From positions 1 through 64,000 of IMG/VR virus record IMGVR_UViG_3300030102_005560: a stretch of DNA of 64,000 nucleotides. One strand, written 5' to 3'. Both the position numbers and the translations under genes were made by a program. How positions within the stretch are numbered: position 1 is the stretch's first letter; every line of letters starts with the position of its first letter. The stretch comes from a virus. The notes below the pieces were generated by a model. The model did not search any database. It saw only the letters and a list, made by a program, of their open reading frames with translations, and was not told the origin of the DNA. Below are positions 9,611-19,246 of this stretch, in pieces.

Positions 9611-10141
9611 ATGAGACCGATACCAAGCCCAGCCTCAGGTGAGGCATATGAATTGTTGAAGAGAGCCAAGAGCCTACTTGAGAAGGCTGATAAATTAGAA
9701 AAAGCCGACATGGGTGAGAAGGACAAGTATTGCATGAAGAATTTCGGCAAGAAATACTCCGAGTGCTCAGAAAAGCAAAAGGCACAATGCGATAGCAGTA
9801 TCAAGAAGGGCATGGGACTCTGCCCCGAGTGCGGCGAGAAGAAGATGGACATGGAGAAGGGAATGTGCATGAAAGCAGGATGTGGTTCGATGAAAGCCGA
9901 CATGAAGAAAGGCGAGCAGCACAAGATACAGACGTTCAACTTCAATCCAGAGACCACTCAATTCATGGTTGAGACTGGTGGAAATACCTACCACCAGCAG
10001 TACAGCACGAACAACAGTCTGCTGGAGTCCGAGGATGTCGCCAACAAGGGCGCATCCTCATCGAGTGTGAACTTGGTGTCCTTGAACAGAAATCAGAATC
10101 CACATGATAACCCTGCCCCCGGTCACCAGACAGAGGGATGA
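9611..10141 (+). CDS. Lys/Met/Cys-rich hypothetical protein, putative prohead core protein
   Basis: 176 aa; repeated (L/M)xK(A/G) units, CPEC motif. Confidence 0.7.
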   Translation: MRPIPSPASGEAYELLKRAKSLLEKADKLEKADMGEKDKYCMKNFGKKYSECSEKQKAQCDSSIKKGMGLCPECGEKKMDMEKGMCMKAGCGSMKADMKKGEQHKIQTFNFNPETTQFMVETGGNTYHQQYSTNNSLLESEDVANKGASSSSVNLVSLNRNQNPHDNPAPGHQTEG

Positions 10142-10290
10142 ACGTGGGTTATGTGGCAGTAAGAAAGGCACCAGCCGTAATGGGCCCCTGCGCTAGGTGT
10201 GGTGCTAATGCGTACGAGGGTTGCAAAGTACCCGGTCATGAAGGACAGAGTCTGAGTGAATGTGCACAGTACGCACCGGCGATGGGGTGA
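10138..10290 (+). CDS. Small Cys-rich protein (50 aa), not in the ORF track
   Basis: ATGA overlap with the upstream stop; translates MNVGYVAVRKAPAVMGPCARCGANAYEGCKVPGHEGQSLSECAQYAPAMG; fills the gap before 10303. Confidence 0.65.
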   Translation: MNVGYVAVRKAPAVMGPCARCGANAYEGCKVPGHEGQSLSECAQYAPAMG

Positions 10291-10302
10291 GAAGGTGGTC
10301 AA

Positions 10303-13300
10303 GTGCGAGAGGATGGGCTAGAAGTTCTTGCAAGGAACAGAGCCGATTTACTCAAATCAATCACACAGGGCTACGATTACGAGCAAGAGGCTGGTCATTA
10401 CCTACTCTCCATCGAGAACATAATTCGCTCAGGTATAGACTACGAGGCCACCAATGACGACCTAGTTTGTCTCAAAGCCGCTACAGACATCCTGAAGCAG
10501 ACCCTCTCAGGACAGGAACTGATAGACTACCTAGAGCGCACCGAGCCTGATGTCGAGAGGACCATAAAACCGAGAGGCAGACCCTCTTCTTTTACAAGAA
10601 ACATCTCCAGACTCCTACCCCAGTACATGACTGACCATCATTACCAAGGGAGGATGACAGGTGGCCATGACACAGGCATGGCTCACGGTAAGTGGCCCGG
10701 AGCCAAACCTGACGAAGATGGCCACTATCCAATTCATCATCCCTTCCATGAGGATATACATCCTATGAGGATACAGAACACAGTGACTGGTAGACCCACG
10801 TACGAGTCTATGCTCTTCGAGAAGTACTTCGGCCACGATGACACACCATGGTGGGATGATGACTTCCATGAGAAAATGGCAGAGGCTCCTGAGGAGGAGT
10901 CCTTCGCCAAGCAAGCCATGAGAGTCGAGGATGCCCATGAGAAGCATCACAGAAAACTAGGCTCCCCGATATACCAAGGTGTAGACAGGGGTGGTGGCGA
11001 TATCGCATACTCCTTCCTCGGTGGTCCCAAGTCGAACAACGTCGACAGCCCCTATGACCACATGGAAACGACACGCATGAACGACTATGAGAGATGGAAG
11101 GAAGAGGAGGCCACTGATATGGCTGCTCTCGAGGAAAAATTCTCTGGATTGTCAGAGGAAAGCAAGGAGAGAGCCATGCAGATGCAGCACTTCAAGGACA
11201 GGATGGACAAGATGTCATTAGGTGGCACTACCACTACGAGTGTCGACCCGACTGAGGGAATGACCGACCAAGAGAGAGCAGACTTCGTCACTGAGTTCGG
11301 TCCAGAGGCAGCGGAGCCCTACCCCATGAAACATAGTCATTCCATGGGTTGGGACACTCTGAAGAAAGGCATGTACTTCCTGAAGCCAGAGGACCGAACC
11401 AAGATACTCCAGCATCTCGATGACAATGGGAGTGATGACCCCGAGCATCAGTTGGTCACCTTGTCTGATGGCAAGGAGTTCCCCATGACGAGACTCAAGA
11501 AGAACCTAGAGATGAACGCTGGACCTGAGAAGCACTGGTTCAGCAGGAGTCACGGGGCCTCAGCACCTAACGTGCCGAAGACCATCGAGTCCGAGACAGA
11601 CTCCAAGTTCAAAGGCTCGGAAGGGGGCATAGCATCCGCTCTCAGAAATGTCAGCGTGGATGACAAGACCAATGCCTATGACAATCTGCTCAATGGACTG
11701 ACTTCGCTCCTGAACCAAGGCGCTGACATGGATGACATCCATGAGATACCCAATCTCTTCACCCATGATGACTACGGTCGAAATAGATTGAAGTCATTCT
11801 TGGAGACCAACGAGTCACCAGCAAAGGCATTCAGGGACCATGCGAATAGTTCCAATGAGGCAGCGCTCAGTAGAGAGGGATTCCTCAGCCTCGCAGGGTA
11901 CGACAGCGAGTTGAATACTCTGGACAAGCATTCCACCCTACCTGATGAAATCTATGATGGGCCACTTCTGGGCAAGGATGTGGTCGAGCAGGTCCTATCC
12001 AAATACGACCAGAACGTATCACTGGGCATGCAATCCAAGGATATCAAGAACGCATACGGTTTCATAAGGTCAGGATTCAACGCACCCAGAGCAGCAGACC
12101 TACCAGATGGACACAAGGACCACTACATCACGATGGATGGCAAGATGAGGGGACTCAGCCATCTAGCAACCAAGTACTACGGTGACAGGGGTGGTCTAGG
12201 TAGGGACCCAGCAACCTATGGTGAGTTCATCCACAATCATCACAGATACGGTGAGGGTGAAGAATCCTCATTCATGACCAAGAAAGAAGGGGAACAATCA
12301 GTCACACCAAAACCAAGACCAGCAGAAGTAGGTGGAGCGGAGTTCGGTACCCCGGAAGGAGAGCAGTCGCTCCTCGGGGGCGTGAAGACGAGTATTCTGG
12401 AGCCAAGAACAGATACAGTGGGGCTGTACGGTGGGCTGCACATATCTCCCATCCTGCCCGGACAGAGGTCACCGATGAGCCCTTTGCAGATACTCAGTAG
12501 ATACGGTGTATCTAGGAGGGACATCGAAGGCAGTGACAAGGCGAGAAGCAGCCACAACAACTACACCGACGAACTCACCACACTCTTCCCTTCGGTGATG
12601 GGAAGCGTACACAACCAACTACCGACATCTGACACTCACTTCCAAGACATGAAGTTCGATAGGGAGACCGCTGCTGACTTCCAGCAGTTTCACCCCTATG
12701 CGGGAATAGGCTCAGAATCTAGGGGCGATGCTTCTCTCATGAACAGGACTGGTGCCGCGCATAGACTGGCCTTCGCTCTTGGTAGGTACAATGACCCACT
12801 CAATCCATCGAGCGAGTTTGTTCACACTTACCGAGACCTCTATGACGACCCGCAACTGGGACCAAGACCTACTCTTCACTCCGAGTTCCTACAGCATCTG
12901 GGAGACGCGAGAAAGGTAATCTCAGATACCGATAATCGTAGAGGCATGCTGTCAGAGATGAATGACATCATGGAGAGGATAGAGGACATCGAGTCCGGAA
13001 AGGTCCCTAGTAGTAGAAGGGATGCGGAACTGCAAATCCTGAGAGGTGACTTAGACAAACTAACAGCACAGGATGAGCAATACAGAATGGGACAGTTGGA
13101 TGTCAGAGACGTCCGCGGCAAGCAACTAAGCAGGGATTTCTCCGAGAAGTTGGATGCTGACAAGAGAGCAGTTGCTGAGTACGCCAAGACCAAACTACTG
13201 CCTATGTTGCTCAAGGAGAACCCTGATGCGTTCAACACAGGTGACCCAGTCACAGCCATGGCAAATGCGATGAGACTCGCTCATGACGCTAGTCGAGGAT

Positions 13301-15489
13301 TAATGGTAGATGGTGACCATGACCTCAGTACCTTCGGCTATCACGAGAAGGAGGAGACTAGGGATAGCCTAGAGCAGGCTCTGGAATCCAGAGGACAGAC
13401 ATCCCCTCACAAGAAACTCGCTATGGCTTTGAGGGACAAAGGCACAGAACTAACTCCTGATATGGGAGTAGAGCAAGCAAGACAGGCTCTAGGCCTACCT
13501 GATGATGAGTTCCATAACAAACAAGTCGAAGACACGCTAGGCACCTTGGTCGGTCCTACGAAGGCTGCTACCTTCGGGCAAGTCGCTACAATGGGTGAGG
13601 AACTCCATCCGAGGATAGACAACATGTTCTCGGAGTTCAAGGACATAGACGACTTCAGGGAGCACATCGATGGCTTTGAGGATATTCCTGCTAGAGATGT
13701 GAGAGGGTCTAAGGCCTTCAACACAAGCAACACGGCATATGGCTCCCTTGGTTTCCTTCGTCAATTGGCTAGGATGGGTGACATGACTGCATACGGTCTC
13801 GGCCATCAGGAGCATCCAACGCCTGAAAAGGACATCAACTCGACGACCAAGGAGAGGGAGAGACATAAGGCACTCTCCAGTCATATCTTCACATTCGACG
13901 AGGGACAATCCGGTCCCCTTGAGGAAGCCAGCGCTGGTAGTGTGACAAAACCAGTCCACGGTAGAATGACCGTGCCGATAAGACCAGTTCCCGAGATGGA
14001 GGGTAATGTAATCTCACCAATATACAACTCAGGCAGAATGGACTTCGGATATTCAATGTCACCTAGCATAGGTGTCGAGTATAATTCGAGGGGAAGCCCC
14101 ATGGTCGGTACCAACATGCCTAGTGATACCCTGTTGAACTCGGTCTCCATGCCTTGGATGAACTACGTATTCGGAGACGAGTGGACCCAAGACCTCTATT
14201 CACAACCGGGACTATCCCAGATATCAGGTCTACAAAGCAACCAGATGGCTGTGGACCCGGACACTGGAATGGCACCAATAGACGACTTCAATGCGATTGG
14301 CAAGATGCTCAAGGCGGAGTTGCCCAAGGAGATGCCACTGATAGACCCGCTTCACAGGATATTCGAAATCGATGACATGGAGGAACTACGCGGGTTCACT
14401 GGCGAGTGGGTCGTATCGAAGTATCACGAGGGTCAGAGGGTCAAGGTCAAGAAGAAGGGCAGCAGGATAGAAATCACCGATGAGGATGGCGAAAAAATCG
14501 GAGTAGACGATGACATGAGAGCAGCGCTCAGGAAGGTATGCCAGAGGGATTACGTAATCGACTGCACCATAGTGGATGATGACATTCATGTCAACGACAT
14601 TCTACTATACGATGACACGGACGTCACAGACCTCACTACCAGAGAGAGGGTCAAACTAATCAGAGGACAGTTCGACAGCCACGAGCCTGTGCATGTCCCA
14701 AGCCCTGAATCCATACGTGTCACAGACGAGGTAGGATTCGAGGAAGCGGTCAAGGACCTCGGTGGTGGTGGGCAGAAACTACTCCTGAGAGACGCCAAGT
14801 CTACTTACATGAAAGGCGAGGAGAGACATCCGAAGTGGGTTCTGCTTGCAAAAGCACAGGAGCAAGTCCACATACCATTCGCAATGGAGATGGACAGGGG
14901 GCATTTCATCCTCCATCTACCGGAGGACTTGGTGAAGTACGAGATAGTGGATGAGGAACCCGTCAACCCAATCGCAGCGATAGGCAGCATAACCAAGTCG
15001 GATTACTCATTGAGACTCGCTAACAGCCTAGAACCCTATTGGCGTCAAGGTTTCAAAGAACTCCTGAAAGAGGAGTTGGATAGGGCCGATTGGGATGAGG
15101 ACAAATCAAACGAGGGCATGACTGAGGAACGCGCCAAAAGAATAGAGCATCAGAGCGGTGGACTTCTCAAACCCAAGAAGGACAAGAACATGCTTCTCAA
15201 ACCGAAGGACACGCTGAAGGCTCTATTACTCATAGAGAAGGCTTTGGAGAAACTCGAGAAAGCAGGCAGTGGTCATTACCCCATGAGCGGTGGTAGGGCT
15301 CTTGGTATCGACGTAGGCTCGGATATAGCCAGCCCTCGAGGACCAACTTCGTTAACTTCGGAGCATGCGGTCCCAGATTGGGACATGAAAGAGAGGCCTG
15401 AGCAGGACCCAGAGAAACCCTCAGACTACCCCAAGAAACCCAAAGAAAAGAAGAAGAAGGAAGAGCAGTACGACGATTTAGAGGTATGA
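10303..15489 (+). CDS. Large head-region protein with a C-terminal degenerate ATP-dependent DNA ligase-like domain
   Basis: 1728 aa; GEWVVSKYHEGQR (motif I-like), YVIDCT, VNDILLYD…TTRERVKLI, LLLRDAKSTYMKGEERHPKW at about 14390-14850. Confidence 0.75.
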   Translation: MREDGLEVLARNRADLLKSITQGYDYEQEAGHYLLSIENIIRSGIDYEATNDDLVCLKAATDILKQTLSGQELIDYLERTEPDVERTIKPRGRPSSFTRNISRLLPQYMTDHHYQGRMTGGHDTGMAHGKWPGAKPDEDGHYPIHHPFHEDIHPMRIQNTVTGRPTYESMLFEKYFGHDDTPWWDDDFHEKMAEAPEEESFAKQAMRVEDAHEKHHRKLGSPIYQGVDRGGGDIAYSFLGGPKSNNVDSPYDHMETTRMNDYERWKEEEATDMAALEEKFSGLSEESKERAMQMQHFKDRMDKMSLGGTTTTSVDPTEGMTDQERADFVTEFGPEAAEPYPMKHSHSMGWDTLKKGMYFLKPEDRTKILQHLDDNGSDDPEHQLVTLSDGKEFPMTRLKKNLEMNAGPEKHWFSRSHGASAPNVPKTIESETDSKFKGSEGGIASALRNVSVDDKTNAYDNLLNGLTSLLNQGADMDDIHEIPNLFTHDDYGRNRLKSFLETNESPAKAFRDHANSSNEAALSREGFLSLAGYDSELNTLDKHSTLPDEIYDGPLLGKDVVEQVLSKYDQNVSLGMQSKDIKNAYGFIRSGFNAPRAADLPDGHKDHYITMDGKMRGLSHLATKYYGDRGGLGRDPATYGEFIHNHHRYGEGEESSFMTKKEGEQSVTPKPRPAEVGGAEFGTPEGEQSLLGGVKTSILEPRTDTVGLYGGLHISPILPGQRSPMSPLQILSRYGVSRRDIEGSDKARSSHNNYTDELTTLFPSVMGSVHNQLPTSDTHFQDMKFDRETAADFQQFHPYAGIGSESRGDASLMNRTGAAHRLAFALGRYNDPLNPSSEFVHTYRDLYDDPQLGPRPTLHSEFLQHLGDARKVISDTDNRRGMLSEMNDIMERIEDIESGKVPSSRRDAELQILRGDLDKLTAQDEQYRMGQLDVRDVRGKQLSRDFSEKLDADKRAVAEYAKTKLLPMLLKENPDAFNTGDPVTAMANAMRLAHDASRGLMVDGDHDLSTFGYHEKEETRDSLEQALESRGQTSPHKKLAMALRDKGTELTPDMGVEQARQALGLPDDEFHNKQVEDTLGTLVGPTKAATFGQVATMGEELHPRIDNMFSEFKDIDDFREHIDGFEDIPARDVRGSKAFNTSNTAYGSLGFLRQLARMGDMTAYGLGHQEHPTPEKDINSTTKERERHKALSSHIFTFDEGQSGPLEEASAGSVTKPVHGRMTVPIRPVPEMEGNVISPIYNSGRMDFGYSMSPSIGVEYNSRGSPMVGTNMPSDTLLNSVSMPWMNYVFGDEWTQDLYSQPGLSQISGLQSNQMAVDPDTGMAPIDDFNAIGKMLKAELPKEMPLIDPLHRIFEIDDMEELRGFTGEWVVSKYHEGQRVKVKKKGSRIEITDEDGEKIGVDDDMRAALRKVCQRDYVIDCTIVDDDIHVNDILLYDDTDVTDLTTRERVKLIRGQFDSHEPVHVPSPESIRVTDEVGFEEAVKDLGGGGQKLLLRDAKSTYMKGEERHPKWVLLAKAQEQVHIPFAMEMDRGHFILHLPEDLVKYEIVDEEPVNPIAAIGSITKSDYSLRLANSLEPYWRQGFKELLKEELDRADWDEDKSNEGMTEERAKRIEHQSGGLLKPKKDKNMLLKPKDTLKALLLIEKALEKLEKAGSGHYPMSGGRALGIDVGSDIASPRGPTSLTSEHAVPDWDMKERPEQDPEKPSDYPKKPKEKKKKEEQYDDLEV

Positions 15490-15515
15490 AACCTTGCAGT
15501 TAGTTCTGCGAGCGG

Positions 15516-15523
15516 TATAAGTA
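15516..15523 (+). promoter_or_regulatory. Putative archaeal TATA box for the protease-MCP operon
   Basis: TATAAGTA about 25-32 nt upstream of GTG 15548, the spacing expected for a leaderless transcript. Confidence 0.55.
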
Positions 15524-15547
15524 GTATGACAAACCAACGCAGGGCCA

Positions 15548-16957
15548 GTGGTCCTAAGTGAGCAACTCTACAGAGCAGACGAGTCGATTTCACTCCTCAA
15601 GGGTGGAAACGACCTCATTGTCGCTGGATATGCCAGTGTCGAGTTGGTTGACAAGCAGGGCGATATAATCACAAGGGGGGCATTGAAGGACGCATTTCAG
15701 AAGTTCATGGAAGACCCGAAATACAGAAACGTCCAACTAGCGCACTCAAATATACAGGTAGGAGAAGTAATTCCAAATTATACAGATGCAGAAGGGAGGT
15801 TGTGGAAGAGCGAAGTCGATGATGTCGGAATGTTTGTAGTAGTACAATTACGTAATGACATCGAGAAAGCCAAAGAAGTCTCAGCGGAAATACGCAAAGG
15901 CGGATTAAGGGGTTTCAGTATCGGCGGTCAGGCGTTCAAGAGAATGAGGAAATCGGACCCAAAGAGGGGCGACTACCAAGAAATCAGTAAACTTGAATTG
16001 CATGAGATAACAATTTGCGAAAAAGGAATTAACCCAGAAGCGACATTTAGTATTTTGAAGGAAGACAAAGGTGAAAAAATGACAGACGAAAACGATGACA
16101 TGATGAAACAGATGAGCGATGTGCTATCTCGTCTTGAGGGCAGGCTCGAATCCTTGGAGGGAGACTCCGTGGACAAGGGTGAAATGCCAGCAGGTCTGAA
16201 AGAGCACATGGCTGACAAGAAAGAAAGCAAAGATGACAAGGACGACAAGGAGAAAGCCTACATGAAGGGCGAAGACAAAGATGAGGACAAAGAAGACAAG
16301 AAAAAGTCTGAAGAGTTCTCTGACGTTATCTCCTCTGAGTACCTGAACTGGATGGAAGACACCCTGAAGAGCGGCGGAGTTGACATCGATGGTGCAAGAG
16401 CACACTTCGATGACCTCGAGAAAGCAAACCTAGGTTCTACCCCAGAGTCCATCGGAGACGGCGCTGACTACTTCGGTGGTCAAGTGAAAGGCCGAGCACA
16501 GGAAAACGGTGCTCCTTCCACTAACGCAGTCGCTCGAACAACCGGCAGCGGTGGCAAGAAAGACGTGAAGAAATCGGACTACTTGGACCCAGCACTGGTT
16601 AGTGACGCAGACGTAGAGGCCGCATACGAGGTCTACAAGGCTGCTGCACTAGAGCAGGACTACAGGGCTACCCTTGAGAAGCAATTCGCTTCCCGCTACG
16701 CAAGCGAGCGAGAAGAGGAAATCGCAAAGGCTGAGGCAGCAGCATACGATGCTCGCGGGCCTCTAGCAGAGATACAAAAATCGATTGAAGCGCTATCGGA
16801 GAGAATCGAGAGCGTCACTTCATCTCCAGAGGTTGGCGAGACCATCCAGAAGTCGGCTGAGGCACCATCGGTGACTGTGCCCTCTACTGAAGACCTCGCA
16901 TCAATGTCGTGGAGCGAAGTACACAACTTGGCAACGAGGGCCTTCAATCCGGAGTAA
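15548..16957 (+). CDS. Prohead protease (HK97-type) fused to a C-terminal scaffold domain
   Basis: IVAGYASVELVDKQGDII, catalytic-like His (AHS) and Ser (GFSIGG), LHEITIC…NPEA; acidic coiled-coil C-terminal half; directly upstream of the MCP. Confidence 0.9.
   Translation: MVLSEQLYRADESISLLKGGNDLIVAGYASVELVDKQGDIITRGALKDAFQKFMEDPKYRNVQLAHSNIQVGEVIPNYTDAEGRLWKSEVDDVGMFVVVQLRNDIEKAKEVSAEIRKGGLRGFSIGGQAFKRMRKSDPKRGDYQEISKLELHEITICEKGINPEATFSILKEDKGEKMTDENDDMMKQMSDVLSRLEGRLESLEGDSVDKGEMPAGLKEHMADKKESKDDKDDKEKAYMKGEDKDEDKEDKKKSEEFSDVISSEYLNWMEDTLKSGGVDIDGARAHFDDLEKANLGSTPESIGDGADYFGGQVKGRAQENGAPSTNAVARTTGSGGKKDVKKSDYLDPALVSDADVEAAYEVYKAAALEQDYRATLEKQFASRYASEREEEIAKAEAAAYDARGPLAEIQKSIEALSERIESVTSSPEVGETIQKSAEAPSVTVPSTEDLASMSWSEVHNLATRAFNPE
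16079..16957 (+). CDS. Putative nested in-frame scaffold protein (292 aa)
   Basis: GGTGA SD at 16070-16074 followed by an in-frame ATG at 16079, right after the protease domain ends. Confidence 0.5.
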   Translation: MTDENDDMMKQMSDVLSRLEGRLESLEGDSVDKGEMPAGLKEHMADKKESKDDKDDKEKAYMKGEDKDEDKEDKKKSEEFSDVISSEYLNWMEDTLKSGGVDIDGARAHFDDLEKANLGSTPESIGDGADYFGGQVKGRAQENGAPSTNAVARTTGSGGKKDVKKSDYLDPALVSDADVEAAYEVYKAAALEQDYRATLEKQFASRYASEREEEIAKAEAAAYDARGPLAEIQKSIEALSERIESVTSSPEVGETIQKSAEAPSVTVPSTEDLASMSWSEVHNLATRAFNPE

Positions 16958-16971
16958 AGAGGTGATTAAGA

Positions 16972-18108
16972 ATGGCAAGAGATTACGTACGCACAATAAC
17001 TGACATGGAGCGCTATTACTATGGCGCCGGGAACGCAATGGGCTACTCCTACTCTGGTAGCGAGTTGCTCAAGGCTGACAGCCCTATGCTGTCCACGACT
17101 GCTGGTACCTACCAAGCAATCTACGGGCGCAAGGTCTGGTCGCAACTGAACCAAGAGTTCAATGCATTCAGCATACTACCAAAGAGGCCTTGGGACCGCT
17201 CTGGATGGAGAGTCATCACTGACAAACCAAACGCAGGAGTCGTCCACGGTGGAGTCGCAGAGAACGCAACCCTACCTGAGACCGTAAAGCCAACTTTCCA
17301 GCACATCGCTGCAAAGCCAAAGACAATCGCACACACGTTCGATATGTCTGAGACGGCTATCTTCCTAGCAGACAGGGACGACGGATTGGGAGACATCCGA
17401 GCAGTCCTCAAGGAAGAGATGGGCAAGCACCACGCTGAGATGGTCAACAAGATGCTCTTGACTGACTGTGACACAGTAGCAGGAAACAACTTCGAGTCCT
17501 TAGACCGAATCACTGCAAGTGACGCAGCAATGAACACATCAGTTCACGTAAACGCAGCAGCAGACTTGGACATATACAGCATCGACAGAAGTGCTAACAC
17601 TTGGTCCGACGCGGAAGTCAACTGTGACTCAAGCGGAAACGACAGGACACTGTCCCTAGACCAACTGGACACTCTGTTCCAGCAAATCTGGGAGCGCGGT
17701 GGAAACCCCAAGGTTATGCTAACTGGATACGACACTCTGATGAGACTACAGCAACTACTACAGTCCCAGCAGAGATTCATGGAAGAGAAGAGAGTCACAC
17801 CAACCTACAACGGCGTGAAGGGTGTACCCGGTATGGAAGCCGGATTCATCGTAGCGACCTACAACGGTGTGCCAATCATCCCAACCAAGGACATGGATGA
17901 CGATGGAACTCTATCCAAGATTTACTACCTAGACACAGACTACCTTTACTTCAGCACTGCGATACCAACCCAGTACTTCGAGTCTGGTATCGAGACTGGC
18001 GACCCGTTCGCCATCAACAGGCTAGGTCAGGAAGGACTCTACAGAACGATGGGAGAAGTATGGACCACTTTCTTCGGAGCACAAGGGAGTATTCGTGACC
18101 TAAAGTGA
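16972..18108 (+). CDS. Major capsid protein (HK97 fold)
   Basis: 378 aa after the protease; strong GAGGTGA SD; HK97-type pattern (GGVAENATLP, KPKTIAH, YNGVPIIP, IYYLDT). Confidence 0.9.
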   Translation: MARDYVRTITDMERYYYGAGNAMGYSYSGSELLKADSPMLSTTAGTYQAIYGRKVWSQLNQEFNAFSILPKRPWDRSGWRVITDKPNAGVVHGGVAENATLPETVKPTFQHIAAKPKTIAHTFDMSETAIFLADRDDGLGDIRAVLKEEMGKHHAEMVNKMLLTDCDTVAGNNFESLDRITASDAAMNTSVHVNAAADLDIYSIDRSANTWSDAEVNCDSSGNDRTLSLDQLDTLFQQIWERGGNPKVMLTGYDTLMRLQQLLQSQQRFMEEKRVTPTYNGVKGVPGMEAGFIVATYNGVPIIPTKDMDDDGTLSKIYYLDTDYLYFSTAIPTQYFESGIETGDPFAINRLGQEGLYRTMGEVWTTFFGAQGSIRDLK

Positions 18109-18143
18109 GGTTGCAAAGGAGAAAATAAAGAGGTGAAAAAGAT

Positions 18144-18539
18144 ATGGCAACAGAACTAACAGCAACAGCAGCAGGAAGCGCATCAGTGACACTATTGGGA
18201 GCATGGGAACTCAGAGCAGGTTCCATGGACACAACAGAATACCTTGACGGAGCAGCAGATGTATCGTACCCCGGTGGGGGTCCCGGTACCTTCAACGCAT
18301 CCAACACAGACGGAGCAAATGGATACGACCCAGCACCAAAGATGGCTCTACTAGAGGTCACCACGGCTAGTGGAACAGCCGCTGTGACACTAGCAGGTGG
18401 AATCTCATCCGTGCTTATGGTAATGTCCTCTCAGAATGACGGAACAGCCGCCGCTAACAAAGTGGCTTTCTCTGGTAAAGTAGTGACTGTCACTGGAGCA
18501 ACCGCCCAGAAGCACAACGTGCTGGTGATGTACAACTGA
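18144..18539 (+). CDS. Putative capsid decoration / minor structural protein
   Basis: 131 aa, Ala/Thr/Gly beta-rich, immediately after the MCP, GAGGTGA SD. Confidence 0.6.
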   Translation: MATELTATAAGSASVTLLGAWELRAGSMDTTEYLDGAADVSYPGGGPGTFNASNTDGANGYDPAPKMALLEVTTASGTAAVTLAGGISSVLMVMSSQNDGTAAANKVAFSGKVVTVTGATAQKHNVLVMYN

Positions 18540-18550
18540 GGTGACTCTTC

Positions 18551-18964
18551 GTGCCTACTATAACCTACAAAGGACCCTTCTACGAGAGGAAAAGCCCGGA
18601 CCCAACAATACCGGCTTTCATTCGTAAAGTAAGCAGGGAAGTCAGTCAGGAATGGCTGAACGAGCACCGTAGGAAAATCAGTGACGCAGTGTTTCTGATT
18701 GAGGGCGACGAAGGAGTTCACCATGACATGGGCGGAGACGGAATCCCTGATGAGGGTTGGACTAGAGCCAACATCATCAAGTGGCTAGAGGACAATGGAA
18801 GCAGCGTGGGTGGAGGATACAAAACGAAGACCAGACTACTCGGTCTCGTGGACAATGTCCTTAACCCACCTGCTCCCGAACCTGTAGCAGAGCCAGTGGT
18901 CGAAGAACCAGTGGTTGAGGAAGCAGTCGAAGAACCAGTCGAGGAGACAACACAGGAGGAATGA
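18551..18964 (+). CDS. Protein with a HeH/LEM-like motif and an acidic PVVEE tail
   Basis: WTRANIIKWLEDNG…KTKTRLLGLV; GAGGTGA SD. Confidence 0.6.
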   Translation: MPTITYKGPFYERKSPDPTIPAFIRKVSREVSQEWLNEHRRKISDAVFLIEGDEGVHHDMGGDGIPDEGWTRANIIKWLEDNGSSVGGGYKTKTRLLGLVDNVLNPPAPEPVAEPVVEEPVVEEAVEEPVEETTQEE

Positions 18965-18969
18965 AATAA

Positions 18970-19233
18970 ATGGCAATAACATTTGACCCAAGACCAACGA
19001 TAATAGGAAACCTAATGCTAGTCACAGGTACTTTTGAAGACGGCGATACAAGCATAGACTTCTCAGGACATTTGGCTAGTCTAGTTTACGGCGATGTAAT
19101 AGTAGTAGGTGGCGACAACAACCCGACTGAGGAAGCAAACCCAGTAGCAATTGGTGCAAACGGCACTACCTTGCACTTTAGTGAGAGCGCATCCTTGGGC
19201 GGAAGGTTCATTGGCTTAGGTTTCCGCAATTGA
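18970..19233 (+). CDS. Small beta-rich virion protein (hypothetical)
   Basis: 87 aa, GGAGG SD, in the structural operon. Confidence 0.6.
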   Translation: MAITFDPRPTIIGNLMLVTGTFEDGDTSIDFSGHLASLVYGDVIVVGGDNNPTEEANPVAIGANGTTLHFSESASLGGRFIGLGFRN

Positions 19234-19246
19234 GGCGGTGACCTAA

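Noticed and set aside
10303-15489. Active replicative DNA ligase
   Set aside because: Catalytic motifs are degenerate and the gene lies in the head operon.
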